From: Lachnospiraceae bacterium
Lineage (GTDB): Bacteria > Bacillota > Clostridia > Lachnospirales > Lachnospiraceae
Direction: 5' to 3'
Assembly (NCBI GenBank): GCA_021202815.1
Contig: JAJQCG010000041.1
Span: forward strand, 1-41,314
DNA: 41,314 bases
Shown here: in pieces, positions 10,202 through 21,180 of the stretch
Position numbering within the stretch: position 1 is the first letter of the stretch
Layout: every line of letters begins with the position of its first letter
Translations under genes and position numbers: made by a program
Notes under the pieces: model-generated
The model's database searches: none
What the model was told of the DNA's origin: nothing
What the model saw: the letters and a program-made list of their open reading frames with translations, nothing else

Positions 10202-11701
10202 TTATACATATTTCGCAGCATGAGTCATAATCTCTTCCTGCGTAGTTTCGCTTGCGTTCAGCTCTCCGGCCTTGCGCCCGCCCGACATGACGATAATCCG
10301 GTCGCAGATGCCCAGAAGCTCCGGCATTTCGGAGGAAACCACGACCACGCACTTTCCCTTGTTCGCCATGTCAATGATAAGCTGATAGATCTCATACTTC
10401 GCGCCGACGTCAATACCGCGCGTCGGCTCGTCCAGAAGCAGCACCTCCGGATCGGTCAGGAGCCAGCGTCCGATGATAACCTTCTGCTGATTGCCGCCGG
10501 ACAGCGAGCGAATCTTCGTCTCCTGGCTCGGCGTCTTGGTACTCATGGCGTCAATCGACCACTGTGTATCGGTCTTCATGCCGCTCTCCTGCAGATAGAA
10601 GCCAAATTTCTTGTACTTCTTCAGATTCGCGATGACCGTATTCTCGCGGATATTCAGAATGCCGAAGATACCGGTCGCGCGGCGCTCTTCCGTCAGCATT
10701 GCGAAGCCGTTTTTGATCGACTCCCGCGAATTGCGGTTCCGCACAACCTTTCCGTTCAGCTTGATCGTGCCGGATTTGCGGGTCGCGATGCCGAAAATAT
10801 TTTCCAGCGTCTCGGTGCGCCCGCTGCCGTCCAGTCCGGCCAGCCCCACGATCTCCCCGTGTCGTGCATTGAAGGAGACGTCGTTCAGCAGCGAGTACTG
10901 CGCCGTCAGATGCTCCACCTCCAGTGCGACATCGCCGGGCTTATTGGTCTTCGGCGGGAACTGGTTCGTCAGCTCACGGCCGACCATCAGACGGATGATC
11001 TCCTCGTTCGTCAGATCCTTTGCCGCCTTTGTCGCGACATACCGACCATCGCGCATGATCGTGACTTCATCAGAAATCCGCAGGATCTCCGCCATCTTGT
11101 GAGAAATATAGATAATGCCGCAGCCCTTGTCACGCAGCATATTTATAATCTGAAATAAGTGCTCCACCTCCGTCTCGGTCAGAGATGAGGTCGGCTCGTC
11201 AAAAACGATAACCTTAGAGTTGTAGGATACCGCCTTCGCAATCTCGACCATCTGCCGCTGCGCGACAGGCATCGTGCTCATGATCCGCTTCGGATCGACG
11301 TCGATATCCAGTTCCTCGAATACCTTTTTGGTATCCTCATAAATCTTCTTCTCATTGACCATGACGCCGCCGATCTTCGGGAAACGCCCCAGCCAGAGAT
11401 TATCCATGACATTTCGCTTCAGCGCCTGGTTCAGCTCCTGGTGCACCATCGCCACACCATTTTCCAGGGCTTCCTTCGAATTTTTAAAATTGATCTCTTT
11501 CCCTTCCAGAAGAATCTGTCCACTGTCCTTGCTGTAAATACCGAACAGACACTTCATCAGGGTCGACTTTCCGGCACCATTCTCCCCCATCAGAGCGTGT
11601 ACAGTTCCCCGCTTCACGGTCAGAGAGACATGATCCAGCGCCTTAACGCCGGGAAACTCCTTGCAGATGTCTGTCATCTGCAGCAGAACCTCCTGCTCCA
11701 T
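10202..11701 (-). CDS. mglA: Galactose/methyl-galactoside ABC transporter ATP-binding protein (CUT2, two ABC domains)
   Basis: [45 protein letters not shown]. Confidence 0.88.
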   Translation of the reverse strand: MEQEVLLQMTDICKEFPGVKALDHVSLTVKRGTVHALMGENGAGKSTLMKCLFGIYSKDSGQILLEGKEINFKNSKEALENGVAMVHQELNQALKRNVMDNLWLGRFPKIGGVMVNEKKIYEDTKKVFEELDIDVDPKRIMSTMPVAQRQMVEIAKAVSYNSKVIVFDEPTSSLTETEVEHLFQIINMLRDKGCGIIYISHKMAEILRISDEVTIMRDGRYVATKAAKDLTNEEIIRLMVGRELTNQFPPKTNKPGDVALEVEHLTAQYSLLNDVSFNARHGEIVGLAGLDGSGRTETLENIFGIATRKSGTIKLNGKVVRNRNSRESIKNGFAMLTEERRATGIFGILNIRENTVIANLKKYKKFGFYLQESGMKTDTQWSIDAMSTKTPSQETKIRSLSGGNQQKVIIGRWLLTDPEVLLLDEPTRGIDVGAKYEIYQLIIDMANKGKCVVVVSSEMPELLGICDRIIVMSGGRKAGELNASETTQEEIMTHAAKYV

Positions 11702-11724
11702 ATCTTCCCTCCTCCTTCATTCAG

Positions 11725-11754
11725 AAAAGGCGACCGCACATCCGCACGGCCGCC
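11725..11754 (-). terminator. Stem-loop between mglB and mglA (partial terminator or mRNA stabiliser)
   Basis: Minus strand GGCGGCCGTGC-GGAT-GTGCGGTCGCC-TTTT. Confidence 0.55.
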
Positions 11755-11802
11755 ATGTTCCGTCTAAGCTATATCCGCCGTTCTGCTTTCACTTTCGGAC
11801 TA

Positions 11803-12993
11803 TCATTCTCCCATGTAGGCAGAGTACGCGATATAAATCTTGTTCGTGAAGCCATCGGCAATATTGTAATCGTCGGTGCCATCCATGATGTCCTTTCCGG
11901 ACAGGGCATTCGAAGCCAGGAAGGCCACGCACGCAGCCATGCCGTCAGCATCCTGCATAACCGTACCGGTCATCTTGCCCTCAGCGATCAGCTGCTTCGC
12001 CGCGTCGGTCGCGTCCACGCCGAAGACCGGGATCGTGGTAACGCCGTCCTCACCGGTGTTATAGCCGGCAGCGTTCAGAGCGGAAACCGCGCCCTCAGCC
12101 ATGGCGTCGTTGTTGCAGATGACAAGCTCGATCATGTTGCCGTTCTCCTCGTTGTACTGGGAGAGGTTCGTGGTCATATAGTCCAGAGCCGCCTGCGCAC
12201 TCCACGCACCGGTGGTGTCGAGCTGGAAGCCGTCGGTGTTCGAAGAATCAAAGAACACAAGCTCCGGATATCCCGCCTCGGTAAGAACCTCATTCGCATC
12301 CTCTACCGCGTACTGCGAACGATAGATCGCCTCCACGTTGGTCGCCTCGCCCTTGAACAGGGTGTAGGAGATCTCGCCGTCGCCGTTCAGGTCAACCTCG
12401 TCGTAATGCTCGACCAGGTACTCGCCGATCATCTGACCCTGCAGATGTCCCGCTTCCGGAGCATCCGTGCCGACGAATGCAAGCTTGTCATAGGAGCCAA
12501 GCACCACATTCTCCTCATCGTCGCCCTCGATCGGCTTGTTGAAGAAGATGATCGGAAGGTCAGCCGCCTCAGCCTTGTCCACGATCTGCTGTGAAGAATC
12601 CACGGAACCGGAGGTCACGATGTTCACGATCAGAAGGTCTGCGCCCGCCGCGATCGCGGTATCAACCTGCTCGTTCTGCGTCGTCGCACTGTTGTTTCCA
12701 TCGAAGTCCTCATAGTCTACGCCGAGCTCGTCCAGATAGCCGTCCAGAGCCGCACGCACGGAAGAGCCGTAGGTGTCGCTGAAGGTGTAGTAGAACACCG
12801 CCACATAAGCGTCGCTCAGATCCACGGCGTCAGCCGCTTCCTCGACTACTTCCTCCGCGGTCTTCTCAGCGTCGTCCGTCGTCTCCTCCTCGGTCGTCTC
12901 CGTCGAGGTGCTGGAGCTGCTGCTTCCGCATCCCGTGAGAAGCGTCGCCGCCATTGCTACACACAAGAATGCAGCCACAAGTTTCTTTTTCAT
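11803..12993 (-). CDS. mglB: Galactose/glucose-binding lipoprotein
   Basis: Lipobox LLTGC; MglB Ca-binding loop DLNGDGEI; IELVICNNDAMAEGA, FGVDAT, MTGTVMQD; start at MKKK behind AAAGGAGG. Confidence 0.82.
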   Translation of the reverse strand: MKKKLVAAFLCVAMAATLLTGCGSSSSSTSTETTEEETTDDAEKTAEEVVEEAADAVDLSDAYVAVFYYTFSDTYGSSVRAALDGYLDELGVDYEDFDGNNSATTQNEQVDTAIAAGADLLIVNIVTSGSVDSSQQIVDKAEAADLPIIFFNKPIEGDDEENVVLGSYDKLAFVGTDAPEAGHLQGQMIGEYLVEHYDEVDLNGDGEISYTLFKGEATNVEAIYRSQYAVEDANEVLTEAGYPELVFFDSSNTDGFQLDTTGAWSAQAALDYMTTNLSQYNEENGNMIELVICNNDAMAEGAVSALNAAGYNTGEDGVTTIPVFGVDATDAAKQLIAEGKMTGTVMQDADGMAACVAFLASNALSGKDIMDGTDDYNIADGFTNKIYIAYSAYMGE

Positions 12994-13106
12994 TTTGCTA
13001 TATCCTCCTTTTCTATTTGCGTGGTCTACCCCACCTTTATCAATATAGCACAAAAGGAGGCAAAAAGCTTTTGAAATTTTTAACTTTTTTGTATGAATTA
13101 TTACCC

Positions 13107-14120
13107 TCAGTCAAACGTAAACAGCACCTTCTGGCACTCCTCATCGTACATATTCTCCCGCGTGACGACCGTCGTCTTCGTATCCACCGCGTCGGACTCC
13201 AGCGCAATCCCGTTAATCAGATCGTAGGCGCACTCGACGCTGAGATAGCCCATCGCGTAGGGGCTCTGCACGATCAGCGCGTCCACCGCGCCGCTCTCCA
13301 GCATACCCACCGAGGTAACGTTGCTGTCAAAGACGACCGCCATCACTTCATCCCCCACGTCAAGCTCCTCCATGGCATAGCAGACGCCGAGGCTTGTGAT
13401 CTCATTAAATGCGACGACCACATTGATCTCAGGGTTCTCTTCCAGAAGCCCGATCGTCGCCTCCTTCGCTGCCTCTTCCGTGGAGATGACAGTGGCCATG
13501 CCTGCGACCTGCGCGCGTGTATCTTCCGCGAGGCCGTCGCGCAGCCCTTCCTCGCGCCGCTGTCCGTTCGCGGTATTCTCATCGAAATTGATGATCCCCA
13601 CATTCAGCTCATCGGCTTCATTTTCCAGAATCGCCGAGGCCATCATCTTGCCCGCCTCGTAGTTGTCCGTGCTGATGCGGCAGGAGACCGCCTCGCTGTT
13701 CACGTCGCTGTCGATGACCACGACCTTCACACCGGCGGCTGCCGCGGCGTCGACTGCTTCCGCATTCGCGTTGTAGTCAATCAATGAAAAAATCAGGGCT
13801 TCTGCGCCGTCCTCCACCGCTCTTGCAATGATTTCATTCTGCGCCTGGTAATCCTCCTCACTGGCTGGTCCCTCACAGGAGAGCGTCAGGTTATACTCGG
13901 TAGCCGCCACATTCGCCCCGGCGAACACGGTTTTCCAGTAATTCGGCTCCGTCGATTTCGCGACCAGCACCACATAACGGCTGCTGCTCTCCTCGGAGGC
14001 AGCGTCAACCGGCATCAGACTGCGGATGATGTAGCGAATCCCCATATAATAACAGACAGCCAGAAGGACGATTCCGAAAGTGACCACCGCGACTTGCTTA
14101 AAACGCTTACTTATTTTCAT
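13107..14120 (-). CDS. Membrane-anchored periplasmic-binding-protein-like sugar sensor
   Basis: N-terminal TM, YWKTVFAGA, ISTDNYEAG, IVQSPYAMGY; overlaps the kinase gene. Confidence 0.8.
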   Translation of the reverse strand: MKISKRFKQVAVVTFGIVLLAVCYYMGIRYIIRSLMPVDAASEESSSRYVVLVAKSTEPNYWKTVFAGANVAATEYNLTLSCEGPASEEDYQAQNEIIARAVEDGAEALIFSLIDYNANAEAVDAAAAAGVKVVVIDSDVNSEAVSCRISTDNYEAGKMMASAILENEADELNVGIINFDENTANGQRREEGLRDGLAEDTRAQVAGMATVISTEEAAKEATIGLLEENPEINVVVAFNEITSLGVCYAMEELDVGDEVMAVVFDSNVTSVGMLESGAVDALIVQSPYAMGYLSVECAYDLINGIALESDAVDTKTTVVTRENMYDEECQKVLFTFD

Positions 14121-15846
14121 ACTCGCCCTCCTCCTTCCGCTTTGGTATCCGGATCTCGACCCGCGTCCCCACATCAGGCTCGCTGAAGATCTGCAGACCA
14201 TATTCTTCCCCAAAGTAGATTCGGATCCGGTCGTTCACATTCTTGATGCCGATGCCGCTGTGATCGCCCGGCTCGCGCAGCAGGATCTCCCGGCACTGCT
14301 CCGCTGTCATGCCGACGCCGTTGTCCTCCACGCTCATCAGGATTGCGTTCTCCTCCTCATGGACGCCGATCCGGATCTCGCCCTCGTCAACCATGCGGTC
14401 AATGCCATGATAGATCGCATTCTCGATGATCGGCTGCAGCGTAATCTTGTTGCAGAGATAGGGCAGGCAGCTCTCCTCCACGTCAAATTCATAATGGAAC
14501 TGGTTCTTGTAGCGGTAATTCTGGATCTTCAGATAGCTCTGCGCGTGCTGCACTTCCTTCTCAAGCGGAATCAGCTCATGTCCCTTGCTGATGCTGATGC
14601 GGAACAGCCGCGCCAGCGCGTTCACCATCTCCACCGCCTCCTGCGAGCGGTTCTCCTCACACATCCAGGCGATGGAATCCAGCGTATTATAGAGGAAATG
14701 CGGATTGATCTGCGCCTGCAGCGCGTTCAGCTCCGTCTTCCGCAGGGAGATTTCCTCCTGCCGCACCTTCTCCATCAGCTCCTGCACACGGACAACCATA
14801 TGCCCGAAGGATTCCGACAGCGTCGTAACCTCGGAAGCCGCGCCCTCGATCGGTTCAAACTGAAAATTCTCCGCATCCTCCTCGAACTCCGCCATCGCCT
14901 TTGTCAGTCTTTTCGCCGGTCGTCCGAGCACCCAGGAGAACAGACCGCCCACCAGCGCCGCGGTCAGCAGCACCATCAGCAGCAGTACAATGCAGATACC
15001 CGCCATGCTCTGCACCTTGTCCGTGATCATCTCATCCACATAGCTGACGCCGACGACGCGCCAGTTGCAGTTACCGAGCGTCCGCACCGTATAAATGACA
15101 TTGGAAATGATATAAGAACCGTCTTCCAGATTTTTAAGATCCGCGGTCTCCTTCTCCTTGAGTCCCGCATAGATCAGCTGCTGCTGCAGATGATAGACCA
15201 GCGTTCCGTCCATATCCACAATATAACAGTAGCCGTGCTGTCCCATTCCCACGTCGTCCACATAGCTGGAAATACCGGAAAAGCGAATGTCCATGTAGAT
15301 CCGGTATCCGTGCCCGTCGCTGCTCACAACCGACCGACCGATCGTGACGACCCAGGGGTAGTAGCTCTCAAGCAGCGCCTCCACATGAGGCTTTGAAATG
15401 CTGATTTCCTCCTCGTCCGCGACGTCCCAGTAAGCAAAATTCTGCAGAAGCAACGATTTTTCCTTCTGCTCCTGTTCACCGGACCAGCAGCTTAAGAGTC
15501 CGGTTTCCTCATCGTAGATCGAGACGACCACGGCTTCCGAGCGAAGCGCCATATAGAGATCGAATAATTCCTCCCTCATTTCCTCATCCAGCATGAACGC
15601 GCCCGTGATGTTATCGCTGATGTATCCGATGTACTCCTCCATGTCCTCGACATAGCTCTCCACCGTATTCACCACCTGGCGCGCCGCCTGCTCGCTGCTC
15701 GTGACCGAATTATTGGTAATCGAATTCTCGTACAGTCTCACGAAAAAGAGCAGCACAAAAACCAGGATCAGCGTCACCAGCAGGACGACCGCTGCTGTCA
15801 TCAGTGCGGAAAGTGATATTTTAGTCCCCGTTTTCCCCTTCTTCAT
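14107..15846 (-). CDS. YesM/LytS-type sensor histidine kinase
   Basis: Two TM segments, HAMP, ALQAQINPHFLYNTL, LQPIIENAIYHG, EDNGVGM, GIGIKNV. Confidence 0.92.
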   Translation of the reverse strand: MKKGKTGTKISLSALMTAAVVLLVTLILVFVLLFFVRLYENSITNNSVTSSEQAARQVVNTVESYVEDMEEYIGYISDNITGAFMLDEEMREELFDLYMALRSEAVVVSIYDEETGLLSCWSGEQEQKEKSLLLQNFAYWDVADEEEISISKPHVEALLESYYPWVVTIGRSVVSSDGHGYRIYMDIRFSGISSYVDDVGMGQHGYCYIVDMDGTLVYHLQQQLIYAGLKEKETADLKNLEDGSYIISNVIYTVRTLGNCNWRVVGVSYVDEMITDKVQSMAGICIVLLLMVLLTAALVGGLFSWVLGRPAKRLTKAMAEFEEDAENFQFEPIEGAASEVTTLSESFGHMVVRVQELMEKVRQEEISLRKTELNALQAQINPHFLYNTLDSIAWMCEENRSQEAVEMVNALARLFRISISKGHELIPLEKEVQHAQSYLKIQNYRYKNQFHYEFDVEESCLPYLCNKITLQPIIENAIYHGIDRMVDEGEIRIGVHEEENAILMSVEDNGVGMTAEQCREILLREPGDHSGIGIKNVNDRIRIYFGEEYGLQIFSEPDVGTRVEIRIPKRKEEGEYENK

Positions 15847-17104
15847 GCTGTCTCCTGTACACATTCGGGGATATCCCCTCGTATTTCTTGAAACAATAGC
15901 TGAAATAATGCTGATCGCTGTAGCCGCAGCGCTCCGTGATTTCCCGGATCTTCAGCGAACTCGTCCGCAGCAGTTCTTTCGCCGTCTCGATCCGCTGCCG
16001 CGTCAGCAGCTCCACAAAATTGCTGCCGGTGCAGCGCTTGATAAGTGCGCTCAGATAGTTCGGGCTGACCGCAATCTCCGAGCTGACCGCGATCAGCGAC
16101 AGATCCGGGTCCGCAAATTTTTTCCAGATTACTTCGAGCGCCCGGTCGCAGAGATCCGAACCGCTGCTGATGCGGTGCTCCGCCATCAGCGACTCCACAC
16201 GCCGGATATCGGAGAGATACTGCACGCCCGCACCGTTTGTCTGGCCAAGCGCCCTCACCGCCTCCGCATAGGCCTCATGGCAGCTCGTCAGACCCGGCTT
16301 CGTACAGCTCACACCGATCGCCACCGTCTGCGAGAGCACGCGCTTCACGCTCTGGGAGAGATCATCCACGATAATGTGCAGGTATTTATCCATGCCCTTC
16401 TGCGTCGACAGCAACAGTGAGATCACGCGCCCGCCGCTTAAGAATCCCGCGTGGTGCATAAATTTTTCCGCGATATTGTGTACGGTGTGCAGGCTGTCCT
16501 CCGTCGTCCGGTTGACTCCGTCCTCATCGAAAAAACTGGTCACCATTACCGTGCAGGCCAGCTGATCCACCGCGTTGTTCAGAAGGCCACAACGAACGGC
16601 TTCTGCCCGCAGCTCCTTTTCGCGCTCCCCGCCGCCCTCCTGAAATTCGTCCAGAATGAGCGGCAGCAGGAAATGATCCAGGCTCTGCATCTCCCGCGCG
16701 TCTGTCTGCCGCGTAAAAAACTCAAAGCGCCTGTTCATCTCCGCCCGGATTTTTTTCAGCTCCTCCGTCATCTCCCGCGCAGAAACCGGCTTCAATATGT
16801 AGCTGATGATATTGTACTGAATCGCCTGCTGCGCGTAGGCGAAATCGTCAAAACCGCTTAAGAAAGCGATATTCATCGCCGGGCGGATTTCCCGGACTGC
16901 CCGCGCGAGCTCGATTCCCGACATGAACGGCATCTTCACATCGCTCAGCAGCAGATCCGGTTCGAGCTTCTCGACCAGCTCCAGCGCTTCCACGCCATTT
17001 TCCGCCTCCCCCACAAGCTCGAATCCGCAGTCCGCCCAGTCGATCCGCCGCGCCAGCGCCTCGCGCAGCTTGGCCTCGTCGTCCGCTATCACGATCGTAT
17101 ACAT
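15821..17104 (-). CDS. YesN-type response regulator (REC plus AraC)
   Basis: IVIADDE, DVKMPFMSG, YILKP; C-terminal SPNYLS...GYSDQHYFSYCFKKYEGISP. Confidence 0.9.
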   Translation of the reverse strand: MYTIVIADDEAKLREALARRIDWADCGFELVGEAENGVEALELVEKLEPDLLLSDVKMPFMSGIELARAVREIRPAMNIAFLSGFDDFAYAQQAIQYNIISYILKPVSAREMTEELKKIRAEMNRRFEFFTRQTDAREMQSLDHFLLPLILDEFQEGGGEREKELRAEAVRCGLLNNAVDQLACTVMVTSFFDEDGVNRTTEDSLHTVHNIAEKFMHHAGFLSGGRVISLLLSTQKGMDKYLHIIVDDLSQSVKRVLSQTVAIGVSCTKPGLTSCHEAYAEAVRALGQTNGAGVQYLSDIRRVESLMAEHRISSGSDLCDRALEVIWKKFADPDLSLIAVSSEIAVSPNYLSALIKRCTGSNFVELLTRQRIETAKELLRTSSLKIREITERCGYSDQHYFSYCFKKYEGISPNVYRRQHEEGENGD

Positions 17105-17120
17105 GAATCCCCCTTGTCTT

Positions 17121-17158
17121 AAAAAGCCCCACATCCATCCTCAGGAGACAGGGCTCTT
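17121..17158 (-). terminator. Probable terminator after secA
   Basis: Minus strand AAGAGCCCTGT...GTGGGGCTTTTT, imperfect stem. Confidence 0.5.
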
Positions 17159-17165
17159 CGTATCT

Positions 17166-19736
17166 TTATGCTCTCTTTCTTCCACAGCACTGCTTGTATT
17201 TCTTTCCGCTGCCGCAAGGGCAGGGATCGTTCGGATAGACCTTCTCGGTCGCCCGCTGCACCGGCTTCTTCGCGAGGGACTCGTCCTTGTTCGTGCCGGT
17301 CACCTGCGCGACCTCCTCGCGCTCGGCCTTCTCTTCGATCTTCACATGCATGAGCAGACGCACCGTGTCCTCCTGGATGCCTGAGGTCATCTCGTCAAAC
17401 ATCTCGTAACCGCTCATCTTGTACTCCACGAGCGGGTCGCGCTGTCCGTAGGCCTGCAGGCCGATGCCCTGGCGCAGCTGCTCCATATCGTCGATGTGGT
17501 TCATCCACTTGCGGTCGATCACCTTCAGCAGGAACACACGCTCCAGCTCGCGGATCATCTCCGGATTCGGAAATTCGGCCTCCTTCGCCTCATAGAGCCT
17601 CGTCCCTTCCTGCTTCAGGGCATGCTTCAGCTCCGCCTTATTTCCACAGCTTAAGCGCTCCGCCGTGATCGGCTCGAAGGGAATGATCGGGAGCAGCGTC
17701 TCGTTCAGTCCGGACAGATCCCACTCCTCGGGCTCCTGATCCTCGCCGATAAAGGCGTCCACCGCACGCTCCACCACATCGGAAATCATCTTGTAGATGG
17801 AATCCCGCATGCTCTCGCCGTCAAGCACCCGGCGGCGCTCGCCGTAGATGATCTCTCTCTGCTCGTTCATGACCTGGTCGTACTCGAGCAGGTTCTTGCG
17901 GATTCCGAAGTTATTATTCTCAATCTTGGTCTGCGCTTTCTCGATCGCGCCGGTCAGCATCTTGTGCTCGATCTGCTCGTTCTCCGGCACGCCCAGCGCG
18001 TTGAACATGCTCATCAGTCGCTCGGAGCCGAACAGTCTCATCAGATCGTCCTCGAGCGAAATATAGAAACGGGACTCGCCCGGGTCTCCCTGTCTGCCGG
18101 AACGTCCGCGCAGCTGATTGTCGATACGCCGCGCTTCATGACGCTCGGTGCCGATGATCTTCAGTCCCCCGGTGGCTCTCGCCTCCTCGTCGAGCTGGAT
18201 ATCGGTACCACGGCCGGCCATGTTCGTCGCGATCGTCACCGCCCCATGCTGTCCTGCCAGCGCGACGATCTCCGCCTCACGCTCGTGGAACTTCGCGTTC
18301 AGCACCTCGTGCTGGATGCCGCGCTTCGTGAGCAGCTTGCTCAGCTCCTCGGAAGCCTCGATCGTGATCGTGCCAACCAGGATCGGCTGTCCCTTCGCGT
18401 GCGCCTCCTCAATCGCGTTGCAGACCGCGAAGAGCTTCTCCTTCTTCGTCTTATAGACCGCGTCCTGCAGATCCTGACGGATCACCGGCTTGTTCGTGGG
18501 AATCTCCACAACGTCCATGCCGTAGATCGCACGGAACTCCTGCTCCTCGGTCAGTGCCGTACCGGTCATGCCGCACTTCTTCTTATATTTATTAAAGAAA
18601 TTCTGGAAGGTGATCGTAGCGAGCGTCTTGCTCTCACGCTTCACCTTCACATGCTCCTTCGCCTCAATCGCCTGATGCAGACCGTCCGAATAGCGACGCC
18701 CTGACATGATACGTCCGGTGAACTCGTCGACGATGAAAATCTGGTCGTCCTTCACCACGTAGTCCTGGTCGCGGAACATCAGATTATTCGCACGCAGCGC
18801 CAGATCCATGTTGTGCTGGATCTCGAGATTCTCTGCGTCGGCGAGATTCTCGATCTTTAAGAACTGCTCGACCTTCTTGATGCCGTCCGCAGTCAGATGG
18901 ACGATCTTGTCCTTCTCATTGACAATGAAATCGCCGGTCTCCTCGATCTCCTCGCCCATGATGGCATCCATCTTCGAGAATTCCTTGCTGGCCTCGCCGC
19001 GCTTCAGCGTGTGCACCACGTAGTCGCAGAGCTCATAGAGCTTCGTCGACTTGCCGCTCTGCCCGGAAATGATGAGCGGCGTGCGCGCCTCGTCGATCAG
19101 AATCGAGTCGATCTCATCGATGATCGCGTAGTGCAGTTCACGCTGTACAAGCTGCTCCTTATAGATCACCATGTTGTCGCGCAGGTAATCAAAGCCTAGC
19201 TCATTATTTGTAATATAAGTAATATCGCAGTTGTAGGCCGCGCGGCGCTCCTCCTTCGTCGAGGAGTTCAGCACGACGCCCACGGTCAGGCCGAGGAACT
19301 CGTGCACCTTTCCCATCCAGTTCGCGTCGCGGTTCGCCAAATAATCGTTGACCGTCACGATGTGAACGCCCTTGCCCTCCAGCGCATTCAGATAGGCGGG
19401 AAGCGTGGACACCAGCGTCTTTCCTTCACCGGTCTTCATCTCAGCGATACGCCCCTGGTGGAGAATCAGACCGCCGATCAGCTGCACGCGGTAGTGCTCC
19501 ATCCCGAGCACACGCTTCGCCGCCTCACGGACGGTCGCGAAGGCCTCCGGCAGCAGATCGTCCAGCATCTCGCCGTCCGCGAGCCGCTGGCGATACTGGC
19601 GCGTCAGATCGCGCAGCTCCTCGTCACTTCGCTCCTGCATCTGCGGACGCAGCTGTTCGATCCGGTCGATCGTCGGATTAATCAACTTCAGCTCCCGTTC
19701 GCTGTGCGTTCCAAATAATTTACTGAAAACACTCAT
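17166..19736 (-). CDS. secA: Preprotein translocase ATPase SecA
   Basis: [53 protein letters not shown] motif [13 protein letters not shown]. Confidence 0.98.
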   Translation of the reverse strand: MSVFSKLFGTHSERELKLINPTIDRIEQLRPQMQERSDEELRDLTRQYRQRLADGEMLDDLLPEAFATVREAAKRVLGMEHYRVQLIGGLILHQGRIAEMKTGEGKTLVSTLPAYLNALEGKGVHIVTVNDYLANRDANWMGKVHEFLGLTVGVVLNSSTKEERRAAYNCDITYITNNELGFDYLRDNMVIYKEQLVQRELHYAIIDEIDSILIDEARTPLIISGQSGKSTKLYELCDYVVHTLKRGEASKEFSKMDAIMGEEIEETGDFIVNEKDKIVHLTADGIKKVEQFLKIENLADAENLEIQHNMDLALRANNLMFRDQDYVVKDDQIFIVDEFTGRIMSGRRYSDGLHQAIEAKEHVKVKRESKTLATITFQNFFNKYKKKCGMTGTALTEEQEFRAIYGMDVVEIPTNKPVIRQDLQDAVYKTKKEKLFAVCNAIEEAHAKGQPILVGTITIEASEELSKLLTKRGIQHEVLNAKFHEREAEIVALAGQHGAVTIATNMAGRGTDIQLDEEARATGGLKIIGTERHEARRIDNQLRGRSGRQGDPGESRFYISLEDDLMRLFGSERLMSMFNALGVPENEQIEHKMLTGAIEKAQTKIENNNFGIRKNLLEYDQVMNEQREIIYGERRRVLDGESMRDSIYKMISDVVERAVDAFIGEDQEPEEWDLSGLNETLLPIIPFEPITAERLSCGNKAELKHALKQEGTRLYEAKEAEFPNPEMIRELERVFLLKVIDRKWMNHIDDMEQLRQGIGLQAYGQRDPLVEYKMSGYEMFDEMTSGIQEDTVRLLMHVKIEEKAEREEVAQVTGTNKDESLAKKPVQRATEKVYPNDPCPCGSGKKYKQCCGRKRA

Positions 19737-19747
19737 TTTCTATGCCC

Positions 19748-20272
19748 TTATACGTCCGGCTCCATGATACCGTAGGTGCCGCCCTTTCTCTTATAAACCA
19801 CGTTGATCTCATCCGTCTCCGCATTCACAAACGCAAAGAAGCTGTGTCCGAGCAGCTCCATCTGGATACAGGCGTCCTCCGGATACATCGGCTTGATATC
19901 AAATTTTTTCGAGCGGATGATCTGAATCTCCTGATCCTCCGCTTCCTTTTCCAGAAATTCCTTCTGGAAATTTCCTCCGTCCTGCTGCCGTGCCACAAGC
20001 TTGTTCTTATACTTGCGCAGCTGGCGCTCGATCACTTCCTCAACCAGATCGATCGAGACGTACATATCCGTGCTGGACTGCTCCGAACGGATAATATTTC
20101 CCTTGACCGGAATCGTCACCTCGATTTTCTGACGTTCCTTTTCCACACTCAGAGTTACGTGAATCTCTGTGTCAGGAGTAAAATAACGCTCCAGCTTGCC
20201 CAGCTTCTCCATCACCGCCCCGCGGAGGCTCTCTGTGACATCCAGGTTTTTACCGCTGATAATATAACGCAT
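19748..20272 (-). CDS. hpf: Long ribosome hibernation promoting factor (HPF/RaiA)
   Basis: ISGKNLDVT, DMYVSID, IERQLRKYK, KPMYPEDACIQMELLGH; usual position upstream of secA. Confidence 0.93.
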   Translation of the reverse strand: MRYIISGKNLDVTESLRGAVMEKLGKLERYFTPDTEIHVTLSVEKERQKIEVTIPVKGNIIRSEQSSTDMYVSIDLVEEVIERQLRKYKNKLVARQQDGGNFQKEFLEKEAEDQEIQIIRSKKFDIKPMYPEDACIQMELLGHSFFAFVNAETDEINVVYKRKGGTYGIMEPDV

Positions 20273-20320
20273 AACGTCACCCCTTTTCATTTTGATATGG
20301 AAAGTATACCATTTAAAAGG

Positions 20321-21097
20321 CTACTGTGCAATGAATTTCATAATCTCTTTATAATTCAGCGGCCCGCCGAAGAGGTCAAGCGCGCTGCCGACTGTCACGT
20401 TCAGACGGCCCCATCCCAGCTCTTTCAGCTCTCTTAAATCTTCAAAGCTCCCGACGCCGCCTGCGTAGGTGACCGGAATTCCCTCCCAGTCCCCGAGCAT
20501 TTTTACCAGCGGCCGCTCGACGCCGCGGGAGAGCCCCTCCACGTCCGCCGCATGGATCAGGAACTCCGCGCAGTACGCGGCCAGCTCGTCAAACACAGCC
20601 GCAGACAGTGCCACATCCGTGAAACGCTGCCAGCGGTCCGTCACGATATAGTAGGCGTCGCCCTTCCTGCGGCAGCTCAAGTCCAGCACGAGCCGCTCCC
20701 TGCCGACCGCCCGCGCAAGCTCCCGCAGGCGCTCCCAGTCAACTCTTCCGTCGCGAAATACATAAGAAGTCACGATCACATGGCTGGCTCCGGCTTCCAG
20801 GTACTCTTCCGCATTGTCCGTGCGGATACCGCCGCCGACCTGCAGCCCGCCCGGGTAAGCCTGAAGCGCTGAAAAAGCCTGCTCCCGCGTGGCCTCGTAA
20901 TGCTCGCTTCCTTCATGATTCAGCAGAATCACATGACCGCCGCGCGCGCCGCTGTCCCGGTAAAAACGCGCATAAAAAGCCGCATCCTGCTCTGATACGA
21001 AATTTTCCCTGGCTTCGTCTCCCTGATCCTGCAGGCTGCCGCCCACAATCTGCTTTACTTTTCCATTGTGAATGTCAATACATGGCCGAAATTCCAT
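20321..21097 (-). CDS. hisA: ProFAR isomerase, eukaryote-like His6 subtype
   Basis: FRPCIDIHNGKVKQIVGG, GASHVIVTSY, LVLDLSCR, EFLIHAADVEG, TVGSALDLFGG. Confidence 0.88.
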   Translation of the reverse strand: MEFRPCIDIHNGKVKQIVGGSLQDQGDEARENFVSEQDAAFYARFYRDSGARGGHVILLNHEGSEHYEATREQAFSALQAYPGGLQVGGGIRTDNAEEYLEAGASHVIVTSYVFRDGRVDWERLRELARAVGRERLVLDLSCRRKGDAYYIVTDRWQRFTDVALSAAVFDELAAYCAEFLIHAADVEGLSRGVERPLVKMLGDWEGIPVTYAGGVGSFEDLRELKELGWGRLNVTVGSALDLFGGPLNYKEIMKFIAQ

Positions 21098-21180
21098 GTC
21101 TATGTATCCCTTCCCCATATATCAACAGGGACAGCCGACCGCCCTTTCATGAGCCTGCGCAGCTGCCCCTGTCCTGTCTC

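Noticed and set aside
8480-11158. 892-aa plus-strand ORF
   Set aside because: Antisense shadow of mglA/mglC and the B-repeat gene; His/Arg-rich composition typical of reverse frames.
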